From: the human T2T-CHM13v2.0 reference genome, Homo sapiens
Reading direction: 5' to 3' (one strand)
NCBI RefSeq assembly: GCF_009914755.1
Contig: NC_060940.1
Length of the DNA stretch: 64,000 nt
Shown here: piece by piece, positions 15,681-29,515 of the stretch
Numbering within the stretch: position 1 is the first letter of the stretch
How the letters are laid out: each line of letters opens with the position of its first letter
Notes under the pieces: model-generated
Database searches by the model: none
What the model was told of the DNA's origin: nothing
The model's input: only the letters and a program-made list of their open reading frames with translations
Made by a program: the position numbers and the translations under genes

Positions 15681-16889
15681 ATTGGCTTAAGATGTGGTGC
15701 CAGGGTAAGAGGGGACCAGCTGCTGCAGACCCATGGGAGGTTGGGCTGTGGGAGATGGTTTCTGACTCAGACCTAGCTCCCAAACCAGCCAGGAAGAACT
15801 GCCTCCCTGCTTCTCAGCCTGAGAGTCAAACCTTCCAAGATTATAATTATCCTGCTTGCCCCACCCACGGCCCTGCTTCTCCTCGGAGCCACAGCTCACA
15901 GGCCTGAGGGCTCCAAATGAGAGGGGGCGGGTGAGGGTTGACAGATGGGTGGGGTGCCTCAGGGGTTCTTTTAGTCAGAGAGCTGGAGAAACCAGGGTGG
16001 GGGGAGGCTGAGGCACTGGAGTGGAGGAGGGAAGCTGCACAGGTCACTGCGCATTTCCCTGGTATCCTCCGAGTTGCCCAAGAGGTGGGGCACAGGCAGA
16101 GTGGTGAGCATGTGCCACTGAGAGCAGATATTCAGTGGGCGCAGCCTTGAAAAGAGGCAGGGCCTTGGACTGTTCATTGCTTCTCTCCAGGCCTCCATTT
16201 CCCCATCTCTAAAGTGACAGAGGAGCTCAGGTCCTTTGAGCCAAATTTTCTCTAACTGGCAGGCACATGTCTTGCGTAAAGAAAACAAATTTGCATCACC
16301 CTCAGTCTGCCCCACCCTCTTTCTCCCCCAGTTCCAGGCTGGCACTTTGGTGCAGACTTCCCTCTGCCCCTAACATGATTTTCACCACCCAGGGCTATGT
16401 CAGAGTCACCTGTGATCATGAGTCTTTTCTCAATCCCTCCCCACACCAGGCACGTACAGGGGGGCCATAACAGCTGGCACCATACATTTGGTCATGTATG
16501 TTAATATCAATAAACCATTTGTGATGCATGGTCACCACCATCACTGGACTTTACGGCCACTCTATAAACTGCACCCTGTAAAGGCTAGAGGGGAAGCTCA
16601 TGGGCTTTGCAAACAAGTAGGCTGAATTCCATACCTGGTTCTCACACTTACCACCTATGTGGCTTGGGTAAATCTCCACTTCTTTTCACTGAGCCTGGTT
16701 TCCTCATCTGTCCAATGGGCATCGAACAGATACAGAAATGACAAGCATATAGTAGTTATCCAAGGTTCAGTAACTCCTACTATTACTTTATCATTTTCAC
16801 AAGTGCTAAGAGTTGTCTCCTACTCAAGACCAAGCAGGTAAGTAAAGGGCCCTCAAGAAACAACCTCTAGTGAAGTTATTAGAAAAAAC

Positions 16890-17125
16890 CTCCAGCCTGG
16901 GCAACATAACAGGACCTCATCTCTACAAAAAAAAAAAAAAAAAAAATACAAAAAATTCACCCAGCATGGTGGCACACACCTGAAGTCCCAGCTACTCAGG
17001 AGGCTGAGATGAGAGAACCACCTGAGCCTGGGAGCTCGAGGCTATAGTGAGCCGTGATTGTACCACTGCACTCCAGCCTGGGTGACAGAGCCAGACATTG
17101 TCTCAAAAAAAAAAAAAAAGAAACA
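16890..17125 (+). mobile_element. 5'-truncated AluJ-like
   Basis: Starts at ccagcctgggcaacata; A-rich linker and tail. Confidence 0.9.
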
Positions 17126-17516
17126 GAAGAAGACACCTGAGGTGGCCCCTTGAGTTTCTATGTACAAGTCACATTACAAAGAGATGAATGCACACTTGCT
17201 CAAAGAGGGGAACTAGTGATGTGGTAAATACTGGAGCCCAGTTCCGTGTCATGCTAGAAGGTGGCATACCCTGAGCCTCAGTCTCCTTATCCACACAATG
17301 GGAGTGTTTGTAGAACCTACCATGAAGGGCAATTGTTAGAATTAAGTGAAACAAGGTAAGCACTTAGCACAGGACTTGGCTTACAGGAAACAGTTAATGC
17401 CAGTCATAGCTATCATTCAAGGGGAGACAATAGCATTTGGGTCACCTGATTGATAGAGCAATAATCTAGCGATGGCCTGGGCTCACAACCTGTGTAAGTG
17501 GATTAAGACGTGATGA

Positions 17517-17798
17517 GGCTGTGGCTCTCACCTGTAATCTCAGCACTTTGGGAGGCCGAGGTGGGTAGATCTCTTGAGGTCAGGAGTTCGAGACCAGCCT
17601 GGCCAACATGGTGAAACCCCAACTCTACTAAAAATATATACAGAAATTAGCTGGATGTGGTGGTGCATGCCTGTAATCCCAGCTACTCAGATGGTTGAGG
17701 CATGAGAATCACTTGAACCCAGGTGGCAGAGGTTGCAGTGAGCTGAGATTGCACCACTGCACTCCAGCCTGGGCAACAGAGCAAGACTCTGTCAAAAA

Positions 17799-17834
<36 letters not shown>

Positions 17835-17835
17835 T
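17517..17835 (+). mobile_element. AluS-like
   Basis: Dimeric Alu with A/(GAAAA) tail. Confidence 0.93.
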
Positions 17836-18099
17836 GAAAAAAGACATGATGAGAATGAGGAAAGAAAAAGCATTGGTTTAGCCTGCAAGGAGCCTGGCAG
17901 GGTCGGGCTGCCAAGAAGTGTGGCTCTTGTAGCATTTCCCTCTGACCGTGGCCAGCTGCTCTGCACCTCCTTTTAGGGCTAGCAAGAAGAGAAGCAGGAA
18001 GAAAATGCAGCAAGCAAAATTCACTGTAGAATAAGGGAAAACTTCTGACCACAGTGGAAGATGTGAAATCGCAGGACAAGGGCACCATAGCACTGTGTC

Positions 18100-18596
18100 A
18101 TCCTCGTTTCTGAAGCAAATCTCTCGTCCACTCTTGCTTCCCTTGACCCAACAGCTTCAGCTGCAGCTGTGTGTCTGGTCCCCGTGCGCCTGACACAGTT
18201 CCTCCACAGCCTTCCAAGTCCCTCTACATTTCTCTTTTGGGGCTTTTTCCAGAACTACAGAATCTCACTCCCTTGGGTCTCCACGCACAAGGCAGCCTAG
18301 AATTGCAGAGTTACGCCCTGGACAACCTTCAACCATTGATGGATAAATGCCCAAGCTCCCTTGACACGCAGAGGAACAATTCTGAAGTTTATTCTGGTGG
18401 CTTCTCCAGGTCCCCAGAGGCACTGAGACCCAGTTTCCCACAGCTCAATAACATGCCTTTTATTGGCTTCTTCACCTTCGGAGATTTACACTACTTGCTC
18501 CCTCACTCCTGCCTACTGGGGTCCCCTCCCAAATAAAACACCTGCACCCATGTCCTTGTCCCAGGCTCCAATATCAGAAGAATTCAAACTAGGACA
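18100..18596 (+). mobile_element. LTR16-like ERVL LTR
   Basis: cctcccaaataaaacacctgcaccca...ccaggctc...caaactaggaca 3' end. Confidence 0.7.
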
Positions 18597-18972
18597 TAAA
18601 CCTGGCAGCACCACCTCTCTACCTGGTCCAGGATGCCCTTGCTGGCCTCTCCTCCAGGCCGACTTGATCCTGCCTCTCCTGCTCTGTCCACTCTCTGGTG
18701 CTGACATCTGCATGATAGACACATCATATCCTATTGTCACAGTGCGTCTGTGAGCTCGTGCCCCACTCAGCTCCGAGATGTTCACAGGCCAAGACAGTCT
18801 CCTGGTCACCTGAGGGTCAAGTAGCTCAGGACACCCCTTATTTTTATTGCAGTTGTGATCATTATCAATAACCACATGGAGTCTGGTGACTTCTGTGTTG
18901 ACATTTTGCATTTCTAGAAGGTAATATGGTGCGCTATAGAAAAAAACACTGAGTTAAAAGTTAAGATATCAA

Positions 18973-19270
18973 GGCCGGGTGCGGTGGCTCATGCCTGTAA
19001 TCTGGGCACTTTGGGAGGCCAAGGTGGGCAGATCACTTGAGGTCAGGAGTTCGAGAGCAGGCTGGCCAACATGGTGAAACCCTGTTTCTACTGAAAATAC
19101 AAAAATTAGCCAGGTGTGGTGGCAGGCACCTGTAATCCCAGCTACTCAGGAGGCTGAGACAGGAGAATCACTTGAACCTGGGAGGCGGAGGTTGCAGGGA
19201 GCCAAGATCACACCACTGCACTCCAGCCCTGGGCAACAAGAGTGAAACTCCATCTCAAAAAAAGAAAAAA
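18973..19270 (+). mobile_element. AluSq/Sx-like
   Basis: Dimeric Alu; TSD agttaagata(t/c)caa. Confidence 0.93.
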
Positions 19271-19959
19271 TAGTTAAGATACCAAGATTCTCAAACATTA
19301 CCTGTAAGTTCAATAAAGGAATAGTTATATAAATAACGACATATTCACTCAATAGACTACTCTGCAACCATTTATGATTTTAAAGTATTATATTATAATA
19401 TTTTTTGCTAAGCTCTTAGTATATTCCACACAGCGGGCTAAAACCTTTTCCACACATTTTCTCATCTAATCCCCACAATAACCCATAATATAGGTACTGG
19501 TATTATCATCATCATCACTATTACTATTATTCTCATTTTACAAATGAAGAAATGGAGTCTTTATAAAAATCGTCAGCTAATGCTTATAATGCAATGTTGA
19601 GGTAAAGAGTAGGATATCAAATGGTGTGTTCAATACATCTCAATTATATGTAAATATATATGTAGAGAAAACAGGCTAAAAGATGGTGTATTACAATGCG
19701 GGCCATTGTTGTCTCTGGGTAATGGGTTTATAAGTCATATTTATTTTCTTCCCGTCTAACTTGCTCAGTGATTATAGGCAATTCATCTTCAGCCTGAGGC
19801 TCCACTGCCCTGCCGTCACCTCCATGAGATGTGGGTTAGGTCCCCATGGCTCCACCTTCTCCTCCTTAAGAAGCAGGGGCCAGAGCCCATGAGCCCTGAA
19901 GATTCTACAGTCTGGATGTCAAGAGGAAACTGCCAGGAACTAGAGCCGAGCATCAAGAG

Positions 19960-20660
19960 AGGTTGCAGCAATTATGCTGGGTCAGATCATCAAAAGGACT
20001 CACAAGACTCCAACAAAGTAAAAGGTCTGAAAGGTTTTTCTTTTCAATTTTTTTTTTTTTTATATTTCAAAGAGAGACAGAGTCTCGCCATGTTGCCCAG
20101 GCTGGTTCTGAACTCCTGGGCTGAAGCAATCCTTCTGCTTTGGGCTCCCGAAGTGCTGGGATTACAGGCGTGAACCATCGCACCTGGCCCTGAATGGTTT
20201 TATTACAGGCAAAGGATACAGAACAATAAGAGTAAGAAAACTCGGAGCAACTTCAGGAAGATCCACAGCATCCACGAGCAGTTGCTAAGGCCCCCCTCAG
20301 TCGCACGGGACTGGTTCGGCCTCTGCATCGTGAACCCCCTAGTGCATGGGGAAGAACTGGGCCTCAGGGAAGCCAAGGCATATGTTCATCTTATTTCCCT
20401 CTGGTCACATAGCCCAAACCAGTCTAAGTAACCAGGCATAATAACTGAAACCAGGTGCCAACCATCCATCTATGTTTTTCCAATAAACTATGTAGCAAGT
20501 TGGTACAGGGCACCTCCAGGCAGCTTTGGACTTCTGACAGCATGTTATAAATCACTGATTAGTACATCCCATCTTTTTTTGGCCAAGCCTATGGTTCCAG
20601 CGTCTCTGGAGAAAATGCACGGAGTTACACATACTAGCTTCAAGTTGGCCCTATTCTTAC
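19960..20660 (-). mobile_element. MER77/MER68/LTR79-like LTR with FLAM insertion (20039-20189, -)
   Basis: aaggactcacaagactc...ggttttattacaggcaaaggataca; FLAM TSD ctgaa(a/t)ggtttt. Confidence 0.5.
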
Positions 20661-21089
20661 AGAGGCTTAGGATGAAGATTGGCCTTCCTGGGCCCCTGGA
20701 GTCACACTCCAGCTTTGCTCCAGATGAAGACCTAGAATCCTGAAATCACAGCTTGGGTACCAGGTGTGCAAAGTCATGGATAAATGCCCAAGCTCCCTTA
20801 ACACACAGAGGACCAAGCGCATGAACCTCCTGGTCATGGAGATGTACTTGGATGTGTCCTCTTGGAGCCTGAGCCCAAACTGGCATGTCTCATTCAGTTG
20901 CCACTGATGCTCTGATCCTGGAGAAGTGGGAGCAAGGAAGGTGAGGATGGAGACTGGCTTTTCTTGCCTCCCTTACTTCTTAACCCTCCCCCATGCCCCA
21001 CCTCCCTTAAAGTCCTCTGCCAATATCCCATAGCCTAACAGAGTAGAGTAAGCTTGGGATGCAGGAGAAACTGACCAACCTGAATCCCA

Positions 21090-21604
21090 CCTTCATTCAA
21101 TGAATACTCACGTCTCATGTGTAAGGAGCTTGTGGATGCTCTAGAGCTCATGGAAGTAGACAGAAGTCATCTCTATTCACATGGTGTTTACAGTCTAAAA
21201 GGAGTCAGGTAATTAACAAATAAACATTCAGATGAATACACAACTTCAAATAGTACAAGGAAAAGGAAACAATTTGTTGTGAGAGAGAATAAATGGTGTT
21301 GGAACCCGCAAGAGATCAGAGGCGAGGAGGAAGCGACACTCTCTAAGGGACTGGTATTTAAGTTGAGAGCTGTAGGAAGGACTGATTAACATAGAAGAAG
21401 GGGAAGGGGGAGGGAACAGCATGTGCAAAGGCCCTGAGGAGGGATTGCTTGGCAAGTTAAAGAAAAGTGACTGGAGGCCGGTGTGGCTGGATGTGGCAGG
21501 TGTGGGCAAGAGTGGTAGCAGATGTGAGGTTGGAATGGCAGAAGAGCGTTGTGCAGGGCCCTGCAGCCACAGCAAGGAATTTGGAACTTATTCCAGATGT
21601 GATG
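21090..21604 (-). mobile_element. L2a fragment
   Basis: gggaacagcatgtgcaaaggccctgagg...ggccggtgtggctgg...aaggaatttggaacttattc. Confidence 0.8.
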
Positions 21605-22395
<791 letters not shown>

Positions 22396-24014
22396 AATGG
22401 GGAGCCTAAGACAGTCTTTAAGTGGGAGAGGGCCATCTGATTGCACCTTAGATGCTGTCTGCCCTGTTGTGCACACAAAGGGAACAAGAACCTTGAATGT
22501 GTCAAGTACCTACTCCATGCACCAATACTGGGAGCTTTATACACAGTATCTTTAATTATTCACAGTAGGAGTGATTATCTCCAACCGTCATGATCAGGGG
22601 TTTCAGGTGGTCCTAGTTGACAAGTTTCCCCAGGGGTAACTTCTCTCCTTCCATTTGATCCATGCCAAAGATGAGTCTTAGCACATAAGTCTGATGCTTA
22701 AGGAGCTTATTCTGGCATCTTCTTATGAGACAGACAGTGGGAGCAGGAGGCTGGTGGCATGGCCAGACACAGCCAGGGGTCAGATGACGGACTGACCGGG
22801 AGGGTGTCCATCCAGAGACCATTATCAAAGTTTGAGGGATCCTTCCCCCTTCCTTCTATCCATATTCAGTCCAGGTCCCTTACCAGGTGTTTCTTACATA
22901 AAAGGAGTTTAAGCTATTCTTGTGAGGATAAGCTTTATTTTAAGATTTATGAAAGTTATATCTGTGCCGATTTAACTTTGTCTCCTGGAAATCCCGGGGC
23001 CAGGCTGCATCATACTAAGTGACAGGTAGTGTCAGCCCCGCAAGATGCTCGGATGGGTTTTATGGCTACCATTAATCTTATAGCCACCAGATGTCTTTTA
23101 TCGTATACTACACCAGCTTACAGATGTGGAAACTGAGGCTCAGAGGACTGCACTAATTTGCAGGTCTCACAGGGAGTAATGGAGCCAGGAGCTCCTACCA
23201 GCCCTTAATGCTCTTGTCTGCAGCTGCAGCAAGATCGGGGGCGGGGGGCCACTGTGTTCTTATCTGGGATTCTTCACTCAGCATGGGTCTTCTCTGGCTC
23301 AGGTGGTGCCAAGAAGCAGTTCTGGAGAGACCTGGGCCCCTGCATTTTGACTTTCTGCCCCTGCAGGTGTTCGCCTCCCCCACATGCAGAACTGTGCCGC
23401 CATGAAGGCTAATTATAAGTGCCGGGTATTTATAGTGAGTTTCTCCACCCAGTGCTTCCAGCACCTCGAGGGAACTATTTACAGAATCCTCCCAGCACCT
23501 CGGAGAGAAAGGCAGAGCCGAGCAGGGGAAACTGAGGTGAAGCGACGGGGCGACATCTCCCTTGTTAAGGACCCTCAGCCAAGGAAGGCTTGCAGGGCGT
23601 CCTCACAGCAAGCACTGGGATTTGATTAGACAGCTGTCAGAGAGAGTAAGAGGAAACCCATGAACGCACACTTCCCAGATGTCTGGCAGCCACAGACTGG
23701 GCCATTTCCAAGCACCAGCTCATTTCATCTCTGTGCCTCGATTTTCCAATCTGCAAAATGGGGCTGTGAGGCTATGCCTCATAGACTTGTGAGATTTAAA
23801 TGAGTTTAAACAGGTCAAGGAGAGAGCCTGGAAGGAGTAAGCTTCAAAAAATGCTATTAACTATTTATTATTTTTTTTATCGCCTTTACATCTAATCTAA
23901 TAAAGTAGGCAAACATTATCCATTGGGCTTGTTGAAAAATGAAAATAATAATTACATTTTTAATCATTTCCTCTATAGTGCATAGTTAGGCTGCAAGACT
24001 ATGTCAGAACCAAA

Positions 24015-24490
24015 TTTATTTTTTGCTACACTGATGTGTTGCACTGTGCTAAAGTCAGGGCCTTCAGTACGTCCATCACTGGAGCCACACGCATTATACC
24101 CACCAGGCAACCACCTATTGCCTGCGCACCTGACCTCCTCCACACCTCCAAGTCTCCACCGTCCATCACCCCACACTCTGCTTCCATGTGTACATATTAT
24201 TTAGCCCCTGCTTACAAGTGAGAACATACAAGCATTTGTCTTTCTGTGTCTGAGATGTTTCATTTATGATCATGGCCTCCAGTTCCATCCGTGTTGCTAC
24301 AAAAAAATTTTCATTCATGTTTACGGCTGAATAGTATTCCATTGCGTGTGTATTTATATAGGTATATATACTACATTTTATTTATCCTGTCCTCCATTGA
24401 TGGCCTCTCAGGTTGATTCCATATCTTTGCTGTTCTGAATAGTGCTGTGGTTAAACATATGGGTGCAGGTATCTTTTTGTATAATGATTC
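24015..24490 (-). mobile_element. L1PB-like 3' fragment
   Basis: tgtacatattatttagccc...atggcctccagttccatcc...ggctgaatagtattccattg...ggttgattccatatctttgc. Confidence 0.85.
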
Positions 24491-24494
24491 AGGA

Positions 24495-24665
24495 AACAAA
24501 ATGAAAAAGGGAAAGGCAGGTGGGTTGTCTCCACCCAGATCAGAGGGAAAAGGGGAGAAAGGGAACGGGAGGGAAGGGGAAGGAAATGCAAGGGGAAGGA
24601 AAGGAAAGGGAAAGAAAGGGGAAGAAAAGGGAAGGAAGGAGATGCGAGATCAGGGGAAGGTAAGC
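24495..24665 (+). repeat. GA-rich low-complexity tract
   Basis: Imperfect (GGAA/GGGAA)n. Confidence 0.8.
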
Positions 24666-25062
24666 AGGGGCACATATCACCTTGTTTCTGGTTCTCTGCT
24701 CCTGGTCAAAGTTCAGTGATCCACAGAGCAAGCCATAAGTGAAAACAGGAAATTATGATAAGATCTTTAGGGCTGCTGCACACACACACACTGCCCACCT
24801 CCTAACAGGGGCCAAGCCAAGTGCTAACCACAGGTCATCCAAGTTTTCTGCGTTCAGCAAGATTCCAGTGCCTAAACCATAGAACCCTGGAGATCCTCCC
24901 CAAAAAAGCGCAAAATGGAACAATAATTTCTCACCTTGGAGAGACACAGTGAGGATAGCATGAACAAGTGTGTACAGAGTTCCTAGCACATGAAAGGGCC
25001 TCAATAAAATAGTCACTATTATTAGAATCCTGGGTTTTCTTTATTATTTATTTTTTAACCAG

Positions 25063-25445
25063 TGTATGAGTCCATTCTCACATTGCTATAAAGAACTACC
25101 TTAGACTGGGTAATTTATAAGGAAAAGAGGTTTGATTGGCTCACAGTTCTGCAGGCTATACAAGAAGTATGGCTGGGGAGGCCTCAGGAAACTTACAATC
25201 ATAGCAGAAGGTGAAGAGGAAGGAGGCATGGCTTACACGGCCAGAGAAGAAGGAAGAGAGAAGGGGGTAGGTGCCACACACTTTTAAATAAGCAGATCTT
25301 ATGAGAACTCACTCACTATCCTGAGAACAGCAAGGAGGAAATCTACCCCCATGATCCAGTCACCTCCCACCAAGCCCCTCCTCCAACGCTGGGGATTACA
25401 ATTTGACATGAGATTTGAGCAGGGACACAGAGCCAAACCATATCA
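25063..25445 (-). mobile_element. THE1D/MSTA-like solo LTR
   Basis: tgtatgagtccattctcacattgctataaag...ccaaaccatatca; perfect 5-bp TSD ACCAG. Confidence 0.93.
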
Positions 25446-25739
25446 ACCAGTCCTTAATATTTTTTATGTGTTAAAATTACAACATGCTTGACATTAAAAA
25501 CAATTGAAACTTTAAGGAAGAATAAAGACAGGGGAAAAGCCTCTTCCTCTCTCCTGTCTCTCCACCCAAATTGTTGTTGTTGCTATTGTTTTTATTTTCT
25601 TGGTAGGAGCAAAAGTCCTCAATCCAGAAAGTCAAGAGACCTGAATCCTCTCCCAGGATGGCCAGCAACCCTCTGTGTGACCCTGGCCAAGTCATTTTCA
25701 CTCCCTGTGAACTTTCCTCTTCTGGGAGGATAGACCAGA

Positions 25740-26070
25740 CGAGCTGTTCTCAAACTCTACTGCACATTAAAATCATCCAGGAGATCTAAAAAACTCCAGC
25801 ACCCAGGTGGCACCCCCAGGCCAATGAATCTTCGGTAGGACCCAGGCTTCAATATATTTTCAAAGCTCTCTGTGGTTTCAACGAACAGCCATGGTGGCAG
25901 GAAACTACCCCCTCTCCTCCCAGGTCCTTCTCAAACTTCACTGTAGGCACAGATCATCCTGGTCTGTGCTAAGATGTAGACCCTGGCTCAGGCAGAGATT
26001 GGACATTTCTAGCAAGCTGCCAGGTTCTCTTGCTGCTGGTCCAGGAAAAGGGACTAGACCATTGGTTGAA
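25740..26070. mobile_element. Two MER5-type (hAT-Charlie) relics
   Basis: gttctcaaactctactgcacattaaaatca...; ttctcaaacttcactg...catttctagcaagctgccagg. Confidence 0.65.
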
Positions 26071-26403
26071 AAGCTTTTGTTAGCTTTGCAATACTTTCTA
26101 CAAAGGAAATATTGCATGGAAACAGATACTTAACAGAACTGCTCTGATTAAAGTCAGGGTTCAGAAAGGATGGGACAACCGGAGTCTCAGACTCAGATTC
26201 ACCCCGAAATCCGTGAATTGGGCAGAATTACAACTCCATCAGAGACATCGTGTCCTGATCCCACAACCTTGTGAACATGTTCCGTTACCTGGCAAAGGGG
26301 AATTATGTCTTCAGAGGAAATTAAGGCTGTTAATCAGCTAACCTTAAAATAAGATTATCTGGGTGGGCTTAATCTAATCAGAAGAGGTTGTTAAAAGTGG
26401 AAG

Positions 26404-26976
26404 AGAGTGGCTTAGTATTCCCTATCCACTTTCCCTACATTTTCTCCTCCATAGAACTCATCTTCTAATATATTTTATAATATGTACACTTAAGTTTTGT
26501 TTTTTAGTTTTTTAGAGGCAGTGTCTCACTGTGTTGCCCAGGCTGGAGTGCAGTGGCTATTCACAGGCGTGATCCCACTGCTGATCAGCATGGGAGTTTT
26601 GACCTGCTCCATTTCCAACCTGGACCAGTTCACCTCTCCTTAGGCAACCTGGTGGTCCCCTGCTCCCAGGAGGTCACCATACTGATGCCGAACTTAGTGC
26701 GGACACCCAATAGACACAGCGCATTGCAGCTCAGAACTCCTGGGCTCTAGCAGTCCTCCGGCCTCAGTATCCCCAGTAGCTGTGACCACAGGCACATGCC
26801 ATGGTGCCCGGCAACATATCGACATATGGCTTGTTTCTATTGTCCTCTTCCCTGGAAAATACTCCATAAAAGTTGGGATTTTGTCTGTTTCACTCATGCT
26901 GGATCCAAAGTGCCTACAACAGTGCCTGACGCCACGTAGATGTCTAACAAATATTTATGGAATGAGAAGTTAACAG
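26404..26976 (+). mobile_element. L2 3' fragment inserted in MLT1D, itself split by the 7SL copy
   Basis: gattttgtctgtttcactcatgctggatccaaagtgcctacaacagtgcctgacgccacgtagatgtctaacaaatatttatggaatga is an L2 3' terminus. Confidence 0.75.
26514..26812 (-). pseudogene. Full-length 7SL (SRP) RNA processed pseudogene
   Basis: Reverse complement matches 7SL end to end (299 bp) including the S domain absent from Alu (gggtgtccgcactaagttcggcatca, ggggaccaccaggttgcctaagga, ggagcaggtcaaaactccc); degenerate A-tail 26495-26513; many CpG-type substitutions. Confidence 0.96.
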
Positions 26977-27877
26977 AAAAAAAAAAGTGGAAGCGGGAGG
27001 CAGAAGAGTGATGTAATGTGAGAAAACCTCACACCACTGTTGCTAGAATTGCAGATGGAGGAAGGGGCCCCGAGCCAAGGATACAGGCAGCCTGTAAAAG
27101 CTGAAGAGGACAAGAAAATGGATTCTCCTTCAAAGTCTCCAGAAAAGAATTCCTTGGTTTCAGCCCACTAAGACCTGTGCCGGACTCCTGATCCCCAGAA
27201 CTGGAAGATAATAAATCTGTGTTGTTTTTACCCACTCAGTTTGTGGTCCTTTGTTACAACAGCTGGAGGAAAATAATGCACCCTCTGAAGCATCTCCAGT
27301 AAAGCCCTACATCACTGAAGCACAGCTGGGCTAGACAAGCTTCATCGCTGTGGATCGTGAAGGGGCTGAGAGTCACTAGGTCTGTCCTCTACCCCTTTTC
27401 TTGCACAGCTGGTGGCAGACACTCAGTACTCCGGGACTTGGTGACACAGCCCAGACTGGTGGTATCAGCTTCCCTGGGATTCCAGGGCCCCTACTTCCCC
27501 TCCTCCTGGCAGGAGGGGAATCCCAGGTAGCCTCCTCAGCGATGCCGAAGTTATTTTCAGCTTAGCAGCTGAACATTTCAGCAAAGAGCAGCTTGGAAGT
27601 GTCTCCTGGACCCCCAGAGGAGACCTTGTTCCTCTCCTTGTGCTGTACCCTGCCAGATGTAGCCTTGCACCTGCCTACTCCAACTGGTGCGGTACCCAGA
27701 GCATCTCTGGTCCAACAAACTAGCTCAGGACAGGACAGAGGGTCAAGGGAGACCCCAAGTCCATCCCAGTCTGGTCTCCCCTATGCCAGAGGTGGAGGTT
27801 GGACTATTCTGCAGGAGAACAGATGGGCAGGAATCTCAGGGGGTCCTGAAACAGATGAGGTCTCAACAAGAGCCCTA

Positions 27878-28550
<673 letters not shown>

Positions 28551-28552
28551 TG

Positions 28553-28718
28553 AATAGTTCTCAGAGTGTGGGTGACAGGTGGACAGCATCGGCATCGCCT
28601 GGGAGCTTGTTGGAACTGCAGAATCTCAGGCTCCACCTCAGACCTAACGAATCAGAATCTGCATTTGTACAAGGTCCCAGGAGACTCCTGGGCACTTTCA
28701 GTTTGAGGTGCACAACAG
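28553..28718. mobile_element. MER5A1-like relic
   Basis: gcatcggcatcgcctgggagcttgttggaactgcagaatctcaggctccacctcagacct. Confidence 0.8.
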
Positions 28719-28731
28719 TGGAGCATAATAG

Positions 28732-29080
<349 letters not shown>

Positions 29081-29447
29081 TCCACCACTTCTTATCCACA
29101 AAGCCTTGGGCAAATGACACCCTCGGAGCTCTCATTTTCTCCTTTCAGCTTCCTCCCACAACCCACAGGTGGGGCTGGGCAGGAAACTCCAGAAATCCAC
29201 AATAGTCCAGGGGACTTGGTGGGGACACCCAGGAAAATTCACAGCCTGTCTTGGAGGAAGAGGTTTGGGAGGACCCTGAAGCTGAAACAGTCTGGAGGAC
29301 CTCCTGCAGTAACAGAACACGAAATTCCGTGTAAATGTGAAAACAGCTATATTAGGGAAAGGATCCAATTTAAAATATTCTGCCCCTCTATCTCTTTAAA
29401 TGAGTATCTCGGTCATATGTACTGACCTTCTAGTCTCAAAAATACTC

Positions 29448-29448
29448 C

Positions 29449-29479
<31 letters not shown>

Positions 29480-29515
29480 GGTGTGTGCACGCACATGTGT
29501 GTGTTTGTGTGTGCA
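29448..29515. repeat. (GT)n(GC)n compound microsatellite
   Basis: Direct reading. Confidence 0.95.

Larger units (their letters stand above)
26215..27280 (+). mobile_element. MLT1D-like LTR, split at 26403/26983
   Basis: tgggcagaatt...gttacctggcaaaggggaatt...agctaaccttaaaataagattatc | ggaggcagaagag...gagccaagga...gatccccagaact...aataatgca. Confidence 0.85.

Noticed and set aside
26514-26812. Functional 7SL gene
   Set aside because: A-tail, many substitutions and insertion inside other repeats indicate a retrocopy.
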